A DNA stretch of 64,000 nucleotides from Candidatus Bathyarchaeota archaeon (GCA_052246995.1 JBQPWD010000002.1:64001-128000), one strand, 5' to 3'. Numbered from the stretch's first letter, positions 1-9,415 are shown. The notes: a model not told the origin generated them from the letters alone. Translations and numbers: made by a program.

Positions 1-23
1 GGTAATATTGGAAGTGATGTTAG

Positions 24-1118
24 TTGAAACGGTTAGCCTTGTTAAGTTTTTTCTATACTTTTCTTCTAGTTTCCTTCATTCTTCCTGGAACGTTATTTCA
101 CACAGTTTATGCAGAATCTACGTATGTTACCTTGCTTGGAGGTTTAAATTATCCTGTCGGTGTTGCTGTTGATTCTGCTGGAAACGTATATTTTACTGAG
201 TATGGAGGTGCTGGTGAGGGTAGGCTTAATGTTCTCTTTAATAACGGTACACTAGTAAGTATGTTTTCAAATCTTACAACACCTACAGGTGTTGCTGTTG
301 ACTCTGACTGGCTGTATTTTGCTGAATCCAGTCTGGGTTTGATAAAAAAGGTTTCTTTAAAAAATTTTAAGGATGTTAAGGTTGTTGCTGAGGGGGTTGT
401 AGGTGTTTGGGGTTTAGCTTTAGATAGGAGGGGCTTCCTGTATTTTACAGTTAAAAGTGTTAATGGCACGCTGGGAAGGGTTAATCTCCAAACTGGTGGA
501 GTTGAAGTTGTTGCTGAAAACTTGAATGTACCTTACGGGGTTGCTGTTGACTCTACTGGAAACATATTTTTTGTGGAGTTTATGGGCGGCACATTAAAGA
601 AGGTTTCCAGGTTAACTGGTGAGGTTGATGTTTTAGTTGAAAATCTTACATCTCCCTATGCTGTTGCTGTTGATTCTGCTGGAAACGTATACTTAACGGT
701 GAAAGCTGGAAATCTTCTAAAGTTTTCAGAGGTTAATGTTTCTTTGGAGGTTTTACTTTCAGGTTTAGGTAGGGTTTACGGCTTAACAGTTGACCCTAAA
801 GGCTTTAACATATATTTTACTGGTTTTGGAGATCCTATGCGTGAAAACACTGGTTATCTTGCAAAATTTCCAGTAAAGTTTGATCCGTTGATGGAGTTTT
901 CTGAAAGAGTAAGCAAAATTGAATCTCAAATCTCCACCTTAAAGAGGGAATTATCTCTTATTGACGCTTCAATTGTAGGTTTAAGTTCTCAGCTTCTGTT
1001 TTTAACTTATTGGGTTATTGTTTTGACAGCAGTTCTTTTTGTATCTCTAATTTTTACCTTAACGATGTTTTTAAGGAGAAAAACTTTTAAAAGTGAAAAA
1101 TCTTCGGGTAAACGTTAA
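24..1118 (+). CDS. Membrane-anchored NHL-repeat (beta-propeller) surface protein
   Basis: N-terminal signal peptide; repeated P.GVAVDS.GNVYF blades; C-terminal coiled coil, TM helix and basic tail. Confidence 0.85.
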   Translation: MKRLALLSFFYTFLLVSFILPGTLFHTVYAESTYVTLLGGLNYPVGVAVDSAGNVYFTEYGGAGEGRLNVLFNNGTLVSMFSNLTTPTGVAVDSDWLYFAESSLGLIKKVSLKNFKDVKVVAEGVVGVWGLALDRRGFLYFTVKSVNGTLGRVNLQTGGVEVVAENLNVPYGVAVDSTGNIFFVEFMGGTLKKVSRLTGEVDVLVENLTSPYAVAVDSAGNVYLTVKAGNLLKFSEVNVSLEVLLSGLGRVYGLTVDPKGFNIYFTGFGDPMRENTGYLAKFPVKFDPLMEFSERVSKIESQISTLKRELSLIDASIVGLSSQLLFLTYWVIVLTAVLFVSLIFTLTMFLRRKTFKSEKSSGKR

Positions 1119-1352
1119 CATTAGATTTTGCTATTTTTTTGTGTTTAAACTTCTACTTAGTAGTATGGTATCATAAAGATACAAACTTAACCACCTCTTC
1201 CCTCTATCTTCACGTATAGTTATAGCTACTTTTTTATCATGTTGGATGATTCGTTTACAATCTCTCCAGCCTTCGTCTAAGCTTCTCCAGAATACGCTTT
1301 TTTACCTCTTCTTCAGGAACCATTCTTGTAAAATGTTCAAATTTTACTTGGT

Positions 1353-2105
1353 TTACTCGAAACCTGCTAGGAAGGATTTTACATTTTTGCCTAACACATT
1401 TAGGTTATATCCCCCCTCAAGGACAGCAAATCTTTTGCCTTGGCAGTTTTTTTGGCTAGCCTTTTTTATCAATTGGCCAATTGTTTTGTAGTCTTCAATT
1501 TCAAAAACTCCACCCCAATCTTCTTTTCCTCGGTCAAAGCCGGCTGAAACTGCTATAATCTCATAGTTTTTTTCTTCTTCTAAGAAGTCTTCCAAACTTT
1601 TTAGTTGTTGAATTCTGTTTCCGGTTGGTAGGTGGAAGTAGGTGGCTTCACTTGTATCTTTGAATATGTTGAAGGTTCCATCTCCAAAGTGTAAATCAAA
1701 ATCGATGATTAAGGCTTTTTTTATTCTTTTCTCGGTAACAAGTTTTTTGATTGCAATGGCAATGTTGTTGAAAAAACAAAATCCCCAGCAATGGTCAGGG
1801 TTTGCATGATGACCTGGCGGTCGGATTAGGCCGAAGCTAGGTTCTCCTTTTATTGTCAGTTCGGCGGCTAAGATTGCTCCTCCAGCTGAAAGGCAGGCAA
1901 CATCATACAGTAATGGATCTTTTTTAATTGAGTCAATATGTCTCTGGGTGTGGACTCTTCTTAAATCTTCCTCTTTAGCTGGTTCTGGCTTGATGAATTC
2001 GTAAAGGTTTTCAATTTCTTTTAAAATTGTCTCCATTCTTCCAGCTTTGGCTGCTGGGTCTGAGGTGTAAACCTCTTTATATCTTGGATGAAAGATAACC
2101 TTCAT
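1353..2105 (-). CDS. Histone deacetylase family (acetoin utilization/AcuC-like) protein
   Basis: RPPGHH, GFCFFNN, DFDLHFGDGT, SAGFD and LEGGY motifs. Confidence 0.93.
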   Translation of the reverse strand: MKVIFHPRYKEVYTSDPAAKAGRMETILKEIENLYEFIKPEPAKEEDLRRVHTQRHIDSIKKDPLLYDVACLSAGGAILAAELTIKGEPSFGLIRPPGHHANPDHCWGFCFFNNIAIAIKKLVTEKRIKKALIIDFDLHFGDGTFNIFKDTSEATYFHLPTGNRIQQLKSLEDFLEEEKNYEIIAVSAGFDRGKEDWGGVFEIEDYKTIGQLIKKASQKNCQGKRFAVLEGGYNLNVLGKNVKSFLAGFE

Positions 2106-2328
2106 TTTTCTCTAACCTTTTATCCTAATTTTACTTTCAAGTGTTAAGATAAAAATTTTCCAAAGTTAAACTAATTTTCTAACTTCTACCTACTTAGAAG
2201 CTGATGTAAAACTTTGGTATTTTTGCTTTTTTCGTTTTGGAGGTTTAGTGTTGAGAAAATCGATTCTGGCTTTTTGGTGGCTTTACCATTGTAGTTTACA
2301 TGTGGAAGAATGTTTGTTCATAGGTTGC

Positions 2329-2745
2329 TTATTCTGGTGGGATTATTATTGTTAAGCTGGTTTTTCTTAACCCTTTTTTAAGGAGTTCTTGGTAGATGTT
2401 TTCTATTTCTAGAAAGTTTTGTTCTTTATGTAGTGTTATGCCTTCGCTGAGTGCGTTGACAATTAACGGATTTCCTTTTTTTAACATTTCTTTTGCCTCT
2501 TCTAAAGTGTATGGATGGGTTTCAATTGTTATTTTAATGTTGTTTAGCAACTCGATTATTTCACCTATTCTTTCCATGTATTTTTTCTTAAATTCGGCTA
2601 TTATTAGGAGGTCGTAGTCACTCCAAGGTTTGTAGTCTCCTCTGGCTCTTGACCCAAAAAGGATGATTGCAGACGGTTTATAGTGTTTTTTAAGCTTGTT
2701 AACAGCTTTTTCAAGCTCTTTATTGGCTGATAATTTTTCTAGCAT
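2329..2745 (-). CDS. Minimal nucleotidyltransferase (MNT) antitoxin
   Basis: LFGSRARGDYKPWSDYD (GSX10DXD); overlaps HEPN gene. Confidence 0.9.
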   Translation of the reverse strand: MLEKLSANKELEKAVNKLKKHYKPSAIILFGSRARGDYKPWSDYDLLIIAEFKKKYMERIGEIIELLNNIKITIETHPYTLEEAKEMLKKGNPLIVNALSEGITLHKEQNFLEIENIYQELLKKGLRKTSLTIIIPPE

Positions 2746-3118
2746 ATTCCACCACTATCTCAGCACATTTAATGGCTCTTAAGGATGTTTCATCATCGTA
2801 GGCTTCATGTGGTGTGCCAGAGGGATGTGCATTGGGGTATCTTGACGGTATGTAGTGTCTGTCAAGCTCCCTAGCACATTGCATGATTTCTTCTGCGGGG
2901 TTTAGGGCATTTTTTTCAAAGTATCTAAGCAGAAGCTCCCTAACACTATGTCCCCAAGGAGCTTCGTTAACATGGTAAAGCATGGCTTTAGAGGCTTTTT
3001 CAGCAGCTTGATGGGAGTAGAATGTTGCTGCATTAAATCTTCCAGCTTTATGTAGTATTCTGGCGGTATCCAAGTCCCATAGGGCCTCATTAAGCCATCT
3101 TAAGGCTTCATGTTTCAA
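2720..3118 (-). CDS. HEPN domain protein (COG2250-type)
   Basis: HQAAEKA.KA, WGHS and LDRHYIPSRYPNAH motifs. Confidence 0.9.
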   Translation of the reverse strand: MKHEALRWLNEALWDLDTARILHKAGRFNAATFYSHQAAEKASKAMLYHVNEAPWGHSVRELLLRYFEKNALNPAEEIMQCARELDRHYIPSRYPNAHPSGTPHEAYDDETSLRAIKCAEIVVEYARKIISQ

Positions 3119-3287
3119 ATTTAAAACCCCTTGAAAAAATAATGTTGTAGTGATGATATATAAGGAAAGCTTAGCATACGTATTCTATCAAAAGGGTAAA
3201 GTTGGCGGTGGCGTAATTGTTGAATAGAAGCTGTTTTAAGTTTTGAAATATGGAAAGGTTAATAAATAGTTAAGGTTATCAAATAGG

Positions 3288-4040
3288 TTGGTTTGGATGT
3301 GGCTTTCTAGATGGATTGGTGAGGTTTACTCTAAGCTTTTTGTAAAGTTTGGTGGCGAACTTTTCACGTTTAGTAGTGCTAAAGAGGTTTTATCACTTGA
3401 TGAAAACAAGCTTTCAGTGTGTTTTAGTAAGCTTCATTCGATGAGGGCTCTTCTAGTTTTTAGTCGTGAAAAGCCTAGGCTTTACAGGCTTTTAGACCCT
3501 GAAAACCTTGTTTTTTTAGCGTCTGGGTTGGTTAAGAACTTTGACAGGGTTGCTCAGGAAAGATATCTTAAGCTTATACTGGATTGTCTTAGAAGGGTTA
3601 TGAAATACTTAGATTTATGGTCTATTGCTGTTTACGGGTCAGTTGCACGTGGTTCAGCGGTAAATAACAGCGATGTTGACATACTTTTAATTTCTGACTC
3701 TTTTCATGGAAGCCTTGGTTCTAGGATGGAAAAGCTTGTTTACGTGGAGAAAGAATTGGAGGAGGAGCTTAGATGGCTTAGAAAGCATGGTATCTACACT
3801 ACTTTAAGTTTTTATCCGTTGAGAAGGGAGGAGGTAAAGAGGATTCCGTTGCTGTTTCTAGACTTAACTGAGGAGGCCATTATTCTCTACGATAAGGAAC
3901 GTTTTCTTGAAGCTACGTTGTTGGAGCTTAAGACATGGTTGCTTAAGCATGGTGTTAAAAAGGTTACGGTGGATGGAAAGTACTGGTATTGGGATTTAAA
4001 GCCAAGTTACAAGTTTGGTGAAAAGATTGAAGCTTTTTAA
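3288..4040 (+). CDS. Winged-HTH + MNT nucleotidyltransferase fusion
   Basis: N-terminal ~80 aa wHTH-like segment; YGSVARGSAVNNSDVD; C-terminal YWYWDLKP. Confidence 0.8.
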   Translation: MVWMWLSRWIGEVYSKLFVKFGGELFTFSSAKEVLSLDENKLSVCFSKLHSMRALLVFSREKPRLYRLLDPENLVFLASGLVKNFDRVAQERYLKLILDCLRRVMKYLDLWSIAVYGSVARGSAVNNSDVDILLISDSFHGSLGSRMEKLVYVEKELEEELRWLRKHGIYTTLSFYPLRREEVKRIPLLFLDLTEEAIILYDKERFLEATLLELKTWLLKHGVKKVTVDGKYWYWDLKPSYKFGEKIEAF

Positions 4041-4458
4041 AGTTGCAAGGGCTTATCTTCGTCAAGCTGTGGCTAGGTTGAAAGATGCTAAAGAAGCGTT
4101 TCTGGAGAGTAATTATCCATATGCTGTGAGACTAAGCCAAGAATGTGTTGAACTTTCGTTAAAGGCGGTTTTAAAGGTTGTTGGAATTGAATATCCTAAA
4201 GTGCATGATGTTTCTGATGTGCTGCTAGAGGTTAAAGATAGGTTTCCAGCTTGGTTTAGTGGGGAAACAGGTTTTCTATGTGAATCTAGCAAGATACTGG
4301 TTAAGAAGAGAGAAATAAGTCTTTATGGAGGGGAGGAGGCTTTTCTCACTCCAGATGAAGTTGTTGATGAGAAGGATGCGGAAGATGCTGTCAAAAGGGC
4401 TGAAAAAGCATATTGTTTATGTGAAAGACTTGTAAACGAAGCTGGAGTTCAGGGTTAG
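4015..4458 (+). CDS. HEPN domain protein
   Basis: QECVELSLKAVL, YPKVHDV and REISLYG; overlaps MNT. Confidence 0.88.
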   Translation: MVKRLKLFKVARAYLRQAVARLKDAKEAFLESNYPYAVRLSQECVELSLKAVLKVVGIEYPKVHDVSDVLLEVKDRFPAWFSGETGFLCESSKILVKKREISLYGGEEAFLTPDEVVDEKDAEDAVKRAEKAYCLCERLVNEAGVQG

Positions 4459-4624
4459 CTGAAGAATGTGGGAAGATTATTTTGTTAAGTTAAAAAAGTT
4501 AAAGCAGTGGTAAAGGCTGAACCTTAGAAAATAGTTACTACATGGTTTGTCAGAATATAGAAAGCTTTCAACAAGAAATTTTTAAATTTTTTAAAGTAAT
4601 TTAAGCTTAATCGTTAAATGTACG

Positions 4625-5572
4625 GTGGGTTTGATGAGGGCTGGCTACGTCTTACTACTTGTTTTACTGTTGGCTTCTTTATCAACCATTACGGTGCTTA
4701 ATGCAAATGCTGAAAGCCTTTCATCTGACCCCGCAAATGTTGAGGTTGGAGTTTGGCTTGTAAACGTGGAAAGGGTAGATTTATCTGCGAGTAGTTACCG
4801 TTTAGATTTTTACTTATGGTTTAGGTTTGACCCATCCAAAATAAGCTTGGAAGAAGTAAAGGAGTTTGAGTTTGTTAACGGTTTTCCAACAAAGTACGAG
4901 GTTAAAGTGGATGCAGAACATGGATACGTGGAATATCGTGTTAGAGGAGAGTTTATAAAAACTTTTGATTTTTCACAATATCCTTTTGAAACACATACCC
5001 TTGCCATAGAGCTTGAACATAAAAACTTGGATGTTTCTAGGCTGATCTTTACAGTAGATCCAACATCAAATGTTGATAGGGAGGCTAATGTTGCTGGCTG
5101 GGAAATAGAGGGATTTAAAGCCATGGTAACTGAACACCAGTATGGAGAGGACGTTTATTCTAGGCTTGTTTTCAATGTTTTACTGAAAAGACCCGTGTTA
5201 TCTTCCTTTGTTAAAAATGTTTTAACAGTGTTTGTTATAACAACAATATCGCTTTTAACCTTCTTTATCTCACCTCAAAACTTTAGTCAGAGGATAGGTT
5301 TGGGTGTAACAACCCTTATGTCTGCAACGGCTTTTCATTTAGCGTTGCTTAGCGGTATTCCCCCTGTTGGATACTTGACTTTGGCTGATAGAATGATGCT
5401 TTCGATCTACGTGATTTTTCTATACAACCTTTCAGTTTCCGTTTACATCATGAAGCTTGTAGATGCAAAAAAGACTGAAGAGGCTCAAAAGTTTAATACA
5501 AGAGCATTAAAAATGTTGGTGTTTCTTGTAGTAGCTATGGTGGTAATTCAGTTCTTTATCTTTTTAAGATAA
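4625..5572 (+). CDS. Pentameric ligand-gated ion channel (Pro-loop/Cys-loop receptor family, GLIC/ELIC-like)
   Basis: Signal peptide; beta-rich ectodomain (DFYLWF, FSQYPFETH Pro-loop, GWEI, YSRLVF..LKR); four TM helices with M2 RIGLGVTTL and M2-M3 PPVGYLTLAD. Confidence 0.88.
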   Translation: MGLMRAGYVLLLVLLLASLSTITVLNANAESLSSDPANVEVGVWLVNVERVDLSASSYRLDFYLWFRFDPSKISLEEVKEFEFVNGFPTKYEVKVDAEHGYVEYRVRGEFIKTFDFSQYPFETHTLAIELEHKNLDVSRLIFTVDPTSNVDREANVAGWEIEGFKAMVTEHQYGEDVYSRLVFNVLLKRPVLSSFVKNVLTVFVITTISLLTFFISPQNFSQRIGLGVTTLMSATAFHLALLSGIPPVGYLTLADRMMLSIYVIFLYNLSVSVYIMKLVDAKKTEEAQKFNTRALKMLVFLVVAMVVIQFFIFLR

Positions 5573-5629
5573 ACCACTCACCACACGTAATTAATTCTGG
5601 AATGGTATTTAAAGCGATATTTCCTTTCT

Positions 5630-5884
5630 TGTTGTGTTAGGATTGAAGTTTGGGGTCGTTCTGTTAGTAGAATGCTTGAAAGTCTTCCAGAGGGTTTTAA
5701 GCCTCATAAGAACCTTGTTGAGGAGGTTAAGGAACTGGATAAACATTACATACCTTCAAGGTATCTAAATTTTCACCCTGAAGGTGCACCTCTAGACTAC
5801 TATACTAGGGCTGATGCTGAGAGAGCAGTAAGATATGCTGGTAAGGTGGTTGAGTTTGCCAGAAGTAAGGTTGTTCAAGCTTGA
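5630..5884 (+). pseudogene. 5'-truncated HEPN gene
   Basis: LDKHYIPSRYLNFH present; in-frame upstream RIEVWGRSVSR corresponds to the WGHSV motif, but the N-terminal QAAEKA helix is missing. Confidence 0.7.
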
Positions 5885-6242
5885 TTATGATGTTGTAATC
5901 AAGGAGCTTAAAGACTATGCTAAAAAGAGTGTTAAAAAGGGAGCTTTAGCTGTAATATTGATAGGGTCTCTTGCTAGGGACGACTATACGGCGTTTTCAG
6001 ATGCTGATGTGGTAATAATTGTGAGGAAGTCAAAGGAAAGGCCCTTAGATAGAATTGCTAAGTACATTGAGCCTAAAGCTACAATAACCATTGAGCCGAG
6101 GGTTTATACTGTTGATGAAATGCGAAAAATGGTTAAAGAGAAGTCTGGGGTAATTAGGGAAATAGCGGAGTACGGTGTACTTCTGGGTGGTGATGAAAAA
6201 ATTTATGAGAAAATAAGGCAGTTTGACGTTTTCCTTGATTAA
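5835..6242 (+). CDS. MNT nucleotidyltransferase
   Basis: IGSLARDDYTAFSDAD. Confidence 0.88.
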   Translation: MLVRWLSLPEVRLFKLDYDVVIKELKDYAKKSVKKGALAVILIGSLARDDYTAFSDADVVIIVRKSKERPLDRIAKYIEPKATITIEPRVYTVDEMRKMVKEKSGVIREIAEYGVLLGGDEKIYEKIRQFDVFLD

Positions 6243-6437
6243 CTTTTTGCTGGTTGGTAAAACCTGGTAAATCCACCAGTAAAATCGTGTTGTAGCCTAC
6301 ATAAATGATGTAGGTTAAACTGGGCCTCCTATGGATAGAGTCAATTTTTGCTCATTACTTCTTACTCTTCTTTAATTCTTTAAAATTGTGGAAATCCTGC
6401 TTGATGTGTTAGGAACTTATTTTTATATCCAAAGAAA

Positions 6438-6896
6438 CTATGCCTGTTTTATACGAAAGCTCCAGCCCTTTTCATCTCTTTTTAAATTGTACTTTTTCTT
6501 TACTTCTTCAAATAAAGTTTTAACCTTACCTAGATATTCATCATCGGCATGAATAACTTTACCATGTTCTAAAGCATCAAAAACAACAAAGCTTTTAAGG
6601 TTTTTAACAACCTCAAGAAAAGATTCTGGATTGTAGCCTAAAGGTTCAATTATCCCCGTAAGCTTGAGAATTTCGTAGTTTTCGCTTGGAGTAGGTTTTA
6701 AACCTTCAGCAACAATCAACAAGTCAACATCGCTTTTTTCAGCAATCCAAGAATTTTTAGGTATTGAGCCAAAAAGGATAACCAGTTTTACGTTAAACTT
6801 CTTTTTTAAACAACTAACATACTCATCAACTTCTCGATATACTTTTTCTACAAAACTGGACAACTTTTTCACCATGTTGAACAGCCTCCTCAGCAT
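6438..6896 (-). CDS. MNT nucleotidyltransferase (true start probably further downstream)
   Basis: LFGSIPKNSWIAEKSDVD; overlaps HEPN. Confidence 0.85.
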   Translation of the reverse strand: MLRRLFNMVKKLSSFVEKVYREVDEYVSCLKKKFNVKLVILFGSIPKNSWIAEKSDVDLLIVAEGLKPTPSENYEILKLTGIIEPLGYNPESFLEVVKNLKSFVVFDALEHGKVIHADDEYLGKVKTLFEEVKKKYNLKRDEKGWSFRIKQA

Positions 6897-7206
6897 CCTC
6901 CCTTGTATAGTAATCTACTGGCGCTCCCTCATGGAAAGTGTTAACATACCTTGATTGAAGATAATGTCTATCAAGCTTTCTACCTAAATCTAAAATTTCT
7001 TTTGGAGCGTTTAACTCTTCCAAAAACCTGTAAACCGAATGACCCATCCTTTCCAAACCCAAACTTTGAAAAACAGCCTTCAACGCGTATTCTGCTGCCT
7101 GATGAGCCATAAAACATGCAACCCAATAATCTCCAAACTGAACATTTTTTTTAGCGTTGTTTAATGCAGCTTCAGCTTGTCTAAGCCAATCCTCAACCCT
7201 TCTCAT
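6826..7206 (-). CDS. HEPN domain protein
   Basis: HQAAEYALKA, GHS and LDRHYLQSRYVNTFH. Confidence 0.9.
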   Translation of the reverse strand: MRRVEDWLRQAEAALNNAKKNVQFGDYWVACFMAHQAAEYALKAVFQSLGLERMGHSVYRFLEELNAPKEILDLGRKLDRHYLQSRYVNTFHEGAPVDYYTREDAEEAVQHGEKVVQFCRKSISRS

Positions 7207-7276
7207 AAACTACTGAATGCAAAGTATCATACTTTAAACTTACGTTTAACAAGTCTAGGAAGGTTGGCGGGTACGG

Positions 7277-8128
7277 TTAAACAAGAGGGGAAGGACTTGT
7301 TTCCGAAGTAAACGGTAGTTTCTCCAGCTTTACAAATACTTGACGATTCAAGTTCTTAAGTCTCTCCAGCACTAGATTTTTTGCCTTTTGAGTTATTGTA
7401 AACATGGGTATGGTAGCACCAGCCTGCAGTAATGCCTTCTTTCCAGCAATTTCTCTTACCCATTTTGATGCACATGCGGTTATCATGTCACATGTCTCCA
7501 ACAGTCTTTTTGTCTCTTCCTTTGAGATCCCGGTTAAGTGTACGGCAAATATCCATGAATCCTCATACTTGCTTCTTACAGCCTCAGCATCTTTTGCACT
7601 TACTACTGTGACAGCAACGTTTGACATTCCAAGTTTGTAGGCAAGTTCTACTCCAGCTGGCTGGTCTATTCTAGCAGTTTCTTTATCGAGGACGATGCCC
7701 TCCTCTTGCTCTATTTTTTTAATAACCTCTGGAATCGGGCTTGTTTTTACAAGACCTGATAGCCTACCTCCAAGACCTTGAACTAGTGATGGGTTTTTTG
7801 TTACAACTGTTCCAGCACAATCAGCAGCAATGACGGCTCCACCAATCATATGTTTTTTTAATCCAAAGCTTATCAGCTCGGAAGCCCCGAAGGGAACAAA
7901 TTCTTCATCTGAAACTACAATTCTATTTTTTGTGAGCATGCCAAACTTCTTTATTCTAAACTCTATGTTTCTCTTTATTTCTTCTTTTGAAAAGGTTTTT
8001 ACTGGCTCCTCAAACCTGACTGCTAAGGGACAAAAGTTTATTAGTGGTTCTCCAACTTCTATTACTTTGCCGTCACGTACAACTATTCTTGTTTTTCCCA
8101 ATGCTTCCATTACATGCTCATCTGTCAT
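7277..8128 (-). CDS. Methanogenesis marker protein 8 / DUF2099 family
   Basis: DEHVMEALGKTRIVVRDGKV..VGEP...CPL, FGASE, DCAGTV, VQGLGGRLSGLVKTSPI and CASK motifs. Confidence 0.82.
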   Translation of the reverse strand: MTDEHVMEALGKTRIVVRDGKVIEVGEPLINFCPLAVRFEEPVKTFSKEEIKRNIEFRIKKFGMLTKNRIVVSDEEFVPFGASELISFGLKKHMIGGAVIAADCAGTVVTKNPSLVQGLGGRLSGLVKTSPIPEVIKKIEQEEGIVLDKETARIDQPAGVELAYKLGMSNVAVTVVSAKDAEAVRSKYEDSWIFAVHLTGISKEETKRLLETCDMITACASKWVREIAGKKALLQAGATIPMFTITQKAKNLVLERLKNLNRQVFVKLEKLPFTSETSPSPLV

Positions 8129-8371
8129 ATGTCAGAAAGGATGTGGAGAAGGATATAACGATTTTTGCATGTGTAAAGCAGTTTATCAGTTTTTAGGCGT
8201 TAAAGTTGGGGTTATTTTGTTAGTAGTATGTTTGAAAGTTTTCAAGGATGGTTTGAAGTTTCATAAGGGTCTTGGAAGCGGTGGACGTGGAAAGCTGATG
8301 AAAAGTGTAAAAACTAAATCTGACGGAAGTTAACGTCTTTCTCAACCTTTACCGTTAAATTATCAAAAGTG

Positions 8372-8481
8372 TTTGTAAATTTGTAAAATTGTAAATGTAA
8401 CTGGGATATCAGATTTTATGGAAAGTTTCTTAAAAGTTTTTACAGTTTCTTGGAATGTTTCCAGTTTTCCAAATTTCCAAC
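8372..8481. repeat. Degenerate 8-bp tandem repeats (TTTGTAAA x3-4; TTTCCAAN x3)
   Basis: 8372-8400 tttgtaaa tttgtaaa attgtaaa tgtaa; 8458-8481 tttccagt tttccaaa tttccaac. Confidence 0.7.
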
Positions 8482-8901
8482 CAGTTTTTGTTTTTTAACT
8501 TTTTACAAGTTTCTTCTTTTAACCCAATTTTTCGGTTAGTATGATTATGTTTACGGCTTGAGTTTGAGATGAGGCGTAAAAAAACATTTTGACGGGTTTT
8601 TCATTCTTACTCATTTAGGCTGAGAGAAGCCTTCATAACTAAAGTAATTTCTAAAGCCTAAATTTGTTGATAGCTTTCTCCTAAGAAATCCTAACAAGTT
8701 TACGCTTGTGTCTGTCCAATTGGGTAACGCAATTCTGATGTTCGCTAAAGTTGATGAGGAAGTTGACTTTTAGATGTCTACTGAGGCTTGTATGCCTATA
8801 AGTCTGGGAATCCATGTTTGTCAAAGCTGAAAATTGTTGTCTTTTGGTTTGTTATCTTGTTGAGGGGGTTGAAGGTTTAAAACTTGAAGACTTGGTGGGA
8901 A

Positions 8902-8941
8902 TTGGGGAAATGGGGAAAAAGGGAAAATGGCGAATCGGGAC
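8902..8941. repeat. Degenerate G-rich 8-bp tandem repeat
   Basis: ttggggaa atggggaa aaagggaa aatggcga atcgggac. Confidence 0.55.
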
Positions 8942-8963
8942 ATTTATAAAAATTGTTAGGGGT

Positions 8964-9002
8964 AAAAACGCGTGAGAATCTACATTCCAAGGGAGTTTCA
9001 TA
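8964..9002 (-). repeat. Dispersed ~39-bp intergenic repeat, copy 1 (copy 2 at 20246-20283, opposite strand)
   Basis: Reverse complement tatgaaactcccttggaatgtagattctcacgcgttttt vs tatgaaactcttttggaatgtagattctcatgcttttt. Confidence 0.8.
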
Positions 9003-9155
9003 GATTTTTGGGGACATAAATTTTGTTTATGTTGCGGAAACAAGAGATTTAGCAGGTAATATTGTCCCTACAATTTTTACGTGAATCTTGGTGAGGGGTT
9101 TGTGGGTGTATTAGGTTAGTAAAGTATAAATCCCACTTTATTTAAATTTTCCTAA

Positions 9156-9401
9156 TTGGTGGGTAAGATGAGTATATTGGAGCTTGACGATAAGGGTAGG
9201 CTAACTATACCTAAGGAGATTAGGGAGTCTTTGAATTTTGGGAAGAAGGTTTTGGTTATAAATGCTGGTGACCATCTCAAAATAATTCCATTACCATCCG
9301 ACCCCTTTAAAATCCTTCATGGTGCGTTTAAAGTCAACAAGCCGTTTAGGGAGCTTAGAAGACAGGCGGAGTTGTTGGCTGAGGGTGAAGCAGGTAAATA
9401 A
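9156..9401 (+). CDS. vapB: AbrB/MazE/SpoVT family antitoxin
   Basis: LDDKGRLTIPKEIRESL motif; upstream of PIN gene. Confidence 0.88.
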   Translation: MVGKMSILELDDKGRLTIPKEIRESLNFGKKVLVINAGDHLKIIPLPSDPFKILHGAFKVNKPFRELRRQAELLAEGEAGK

Positions 9402-9415
9402 AGGTTGATGACATA

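Noticed and set aside
1246-1491. Short ORF overlapping the HDAC 3' end
   Set aside because: Antisense overlap, no motif or clear initiation signals
7830-8333. 167-aa plus-strand ORF
   Set aside because: Mostly antisense to the DUF2099 gene; no recognisable motif
8852-9043. ORFs 8852-9043(-) and 20028-20285(+) sharing MKL.WNVDSHAF
   Set aside because: Similarity is limited to the 39-bp DNA repeat; the rest is unrelated and low complexity, so treated as a non-coding repeat
8130-9150. Possible CRISPR array or replication origin
   Set aside because: No 24-40-bp repeats with unique spacers, no cas or cdc6/orc1 gene in the window, and no convincing ORB with G-string seen
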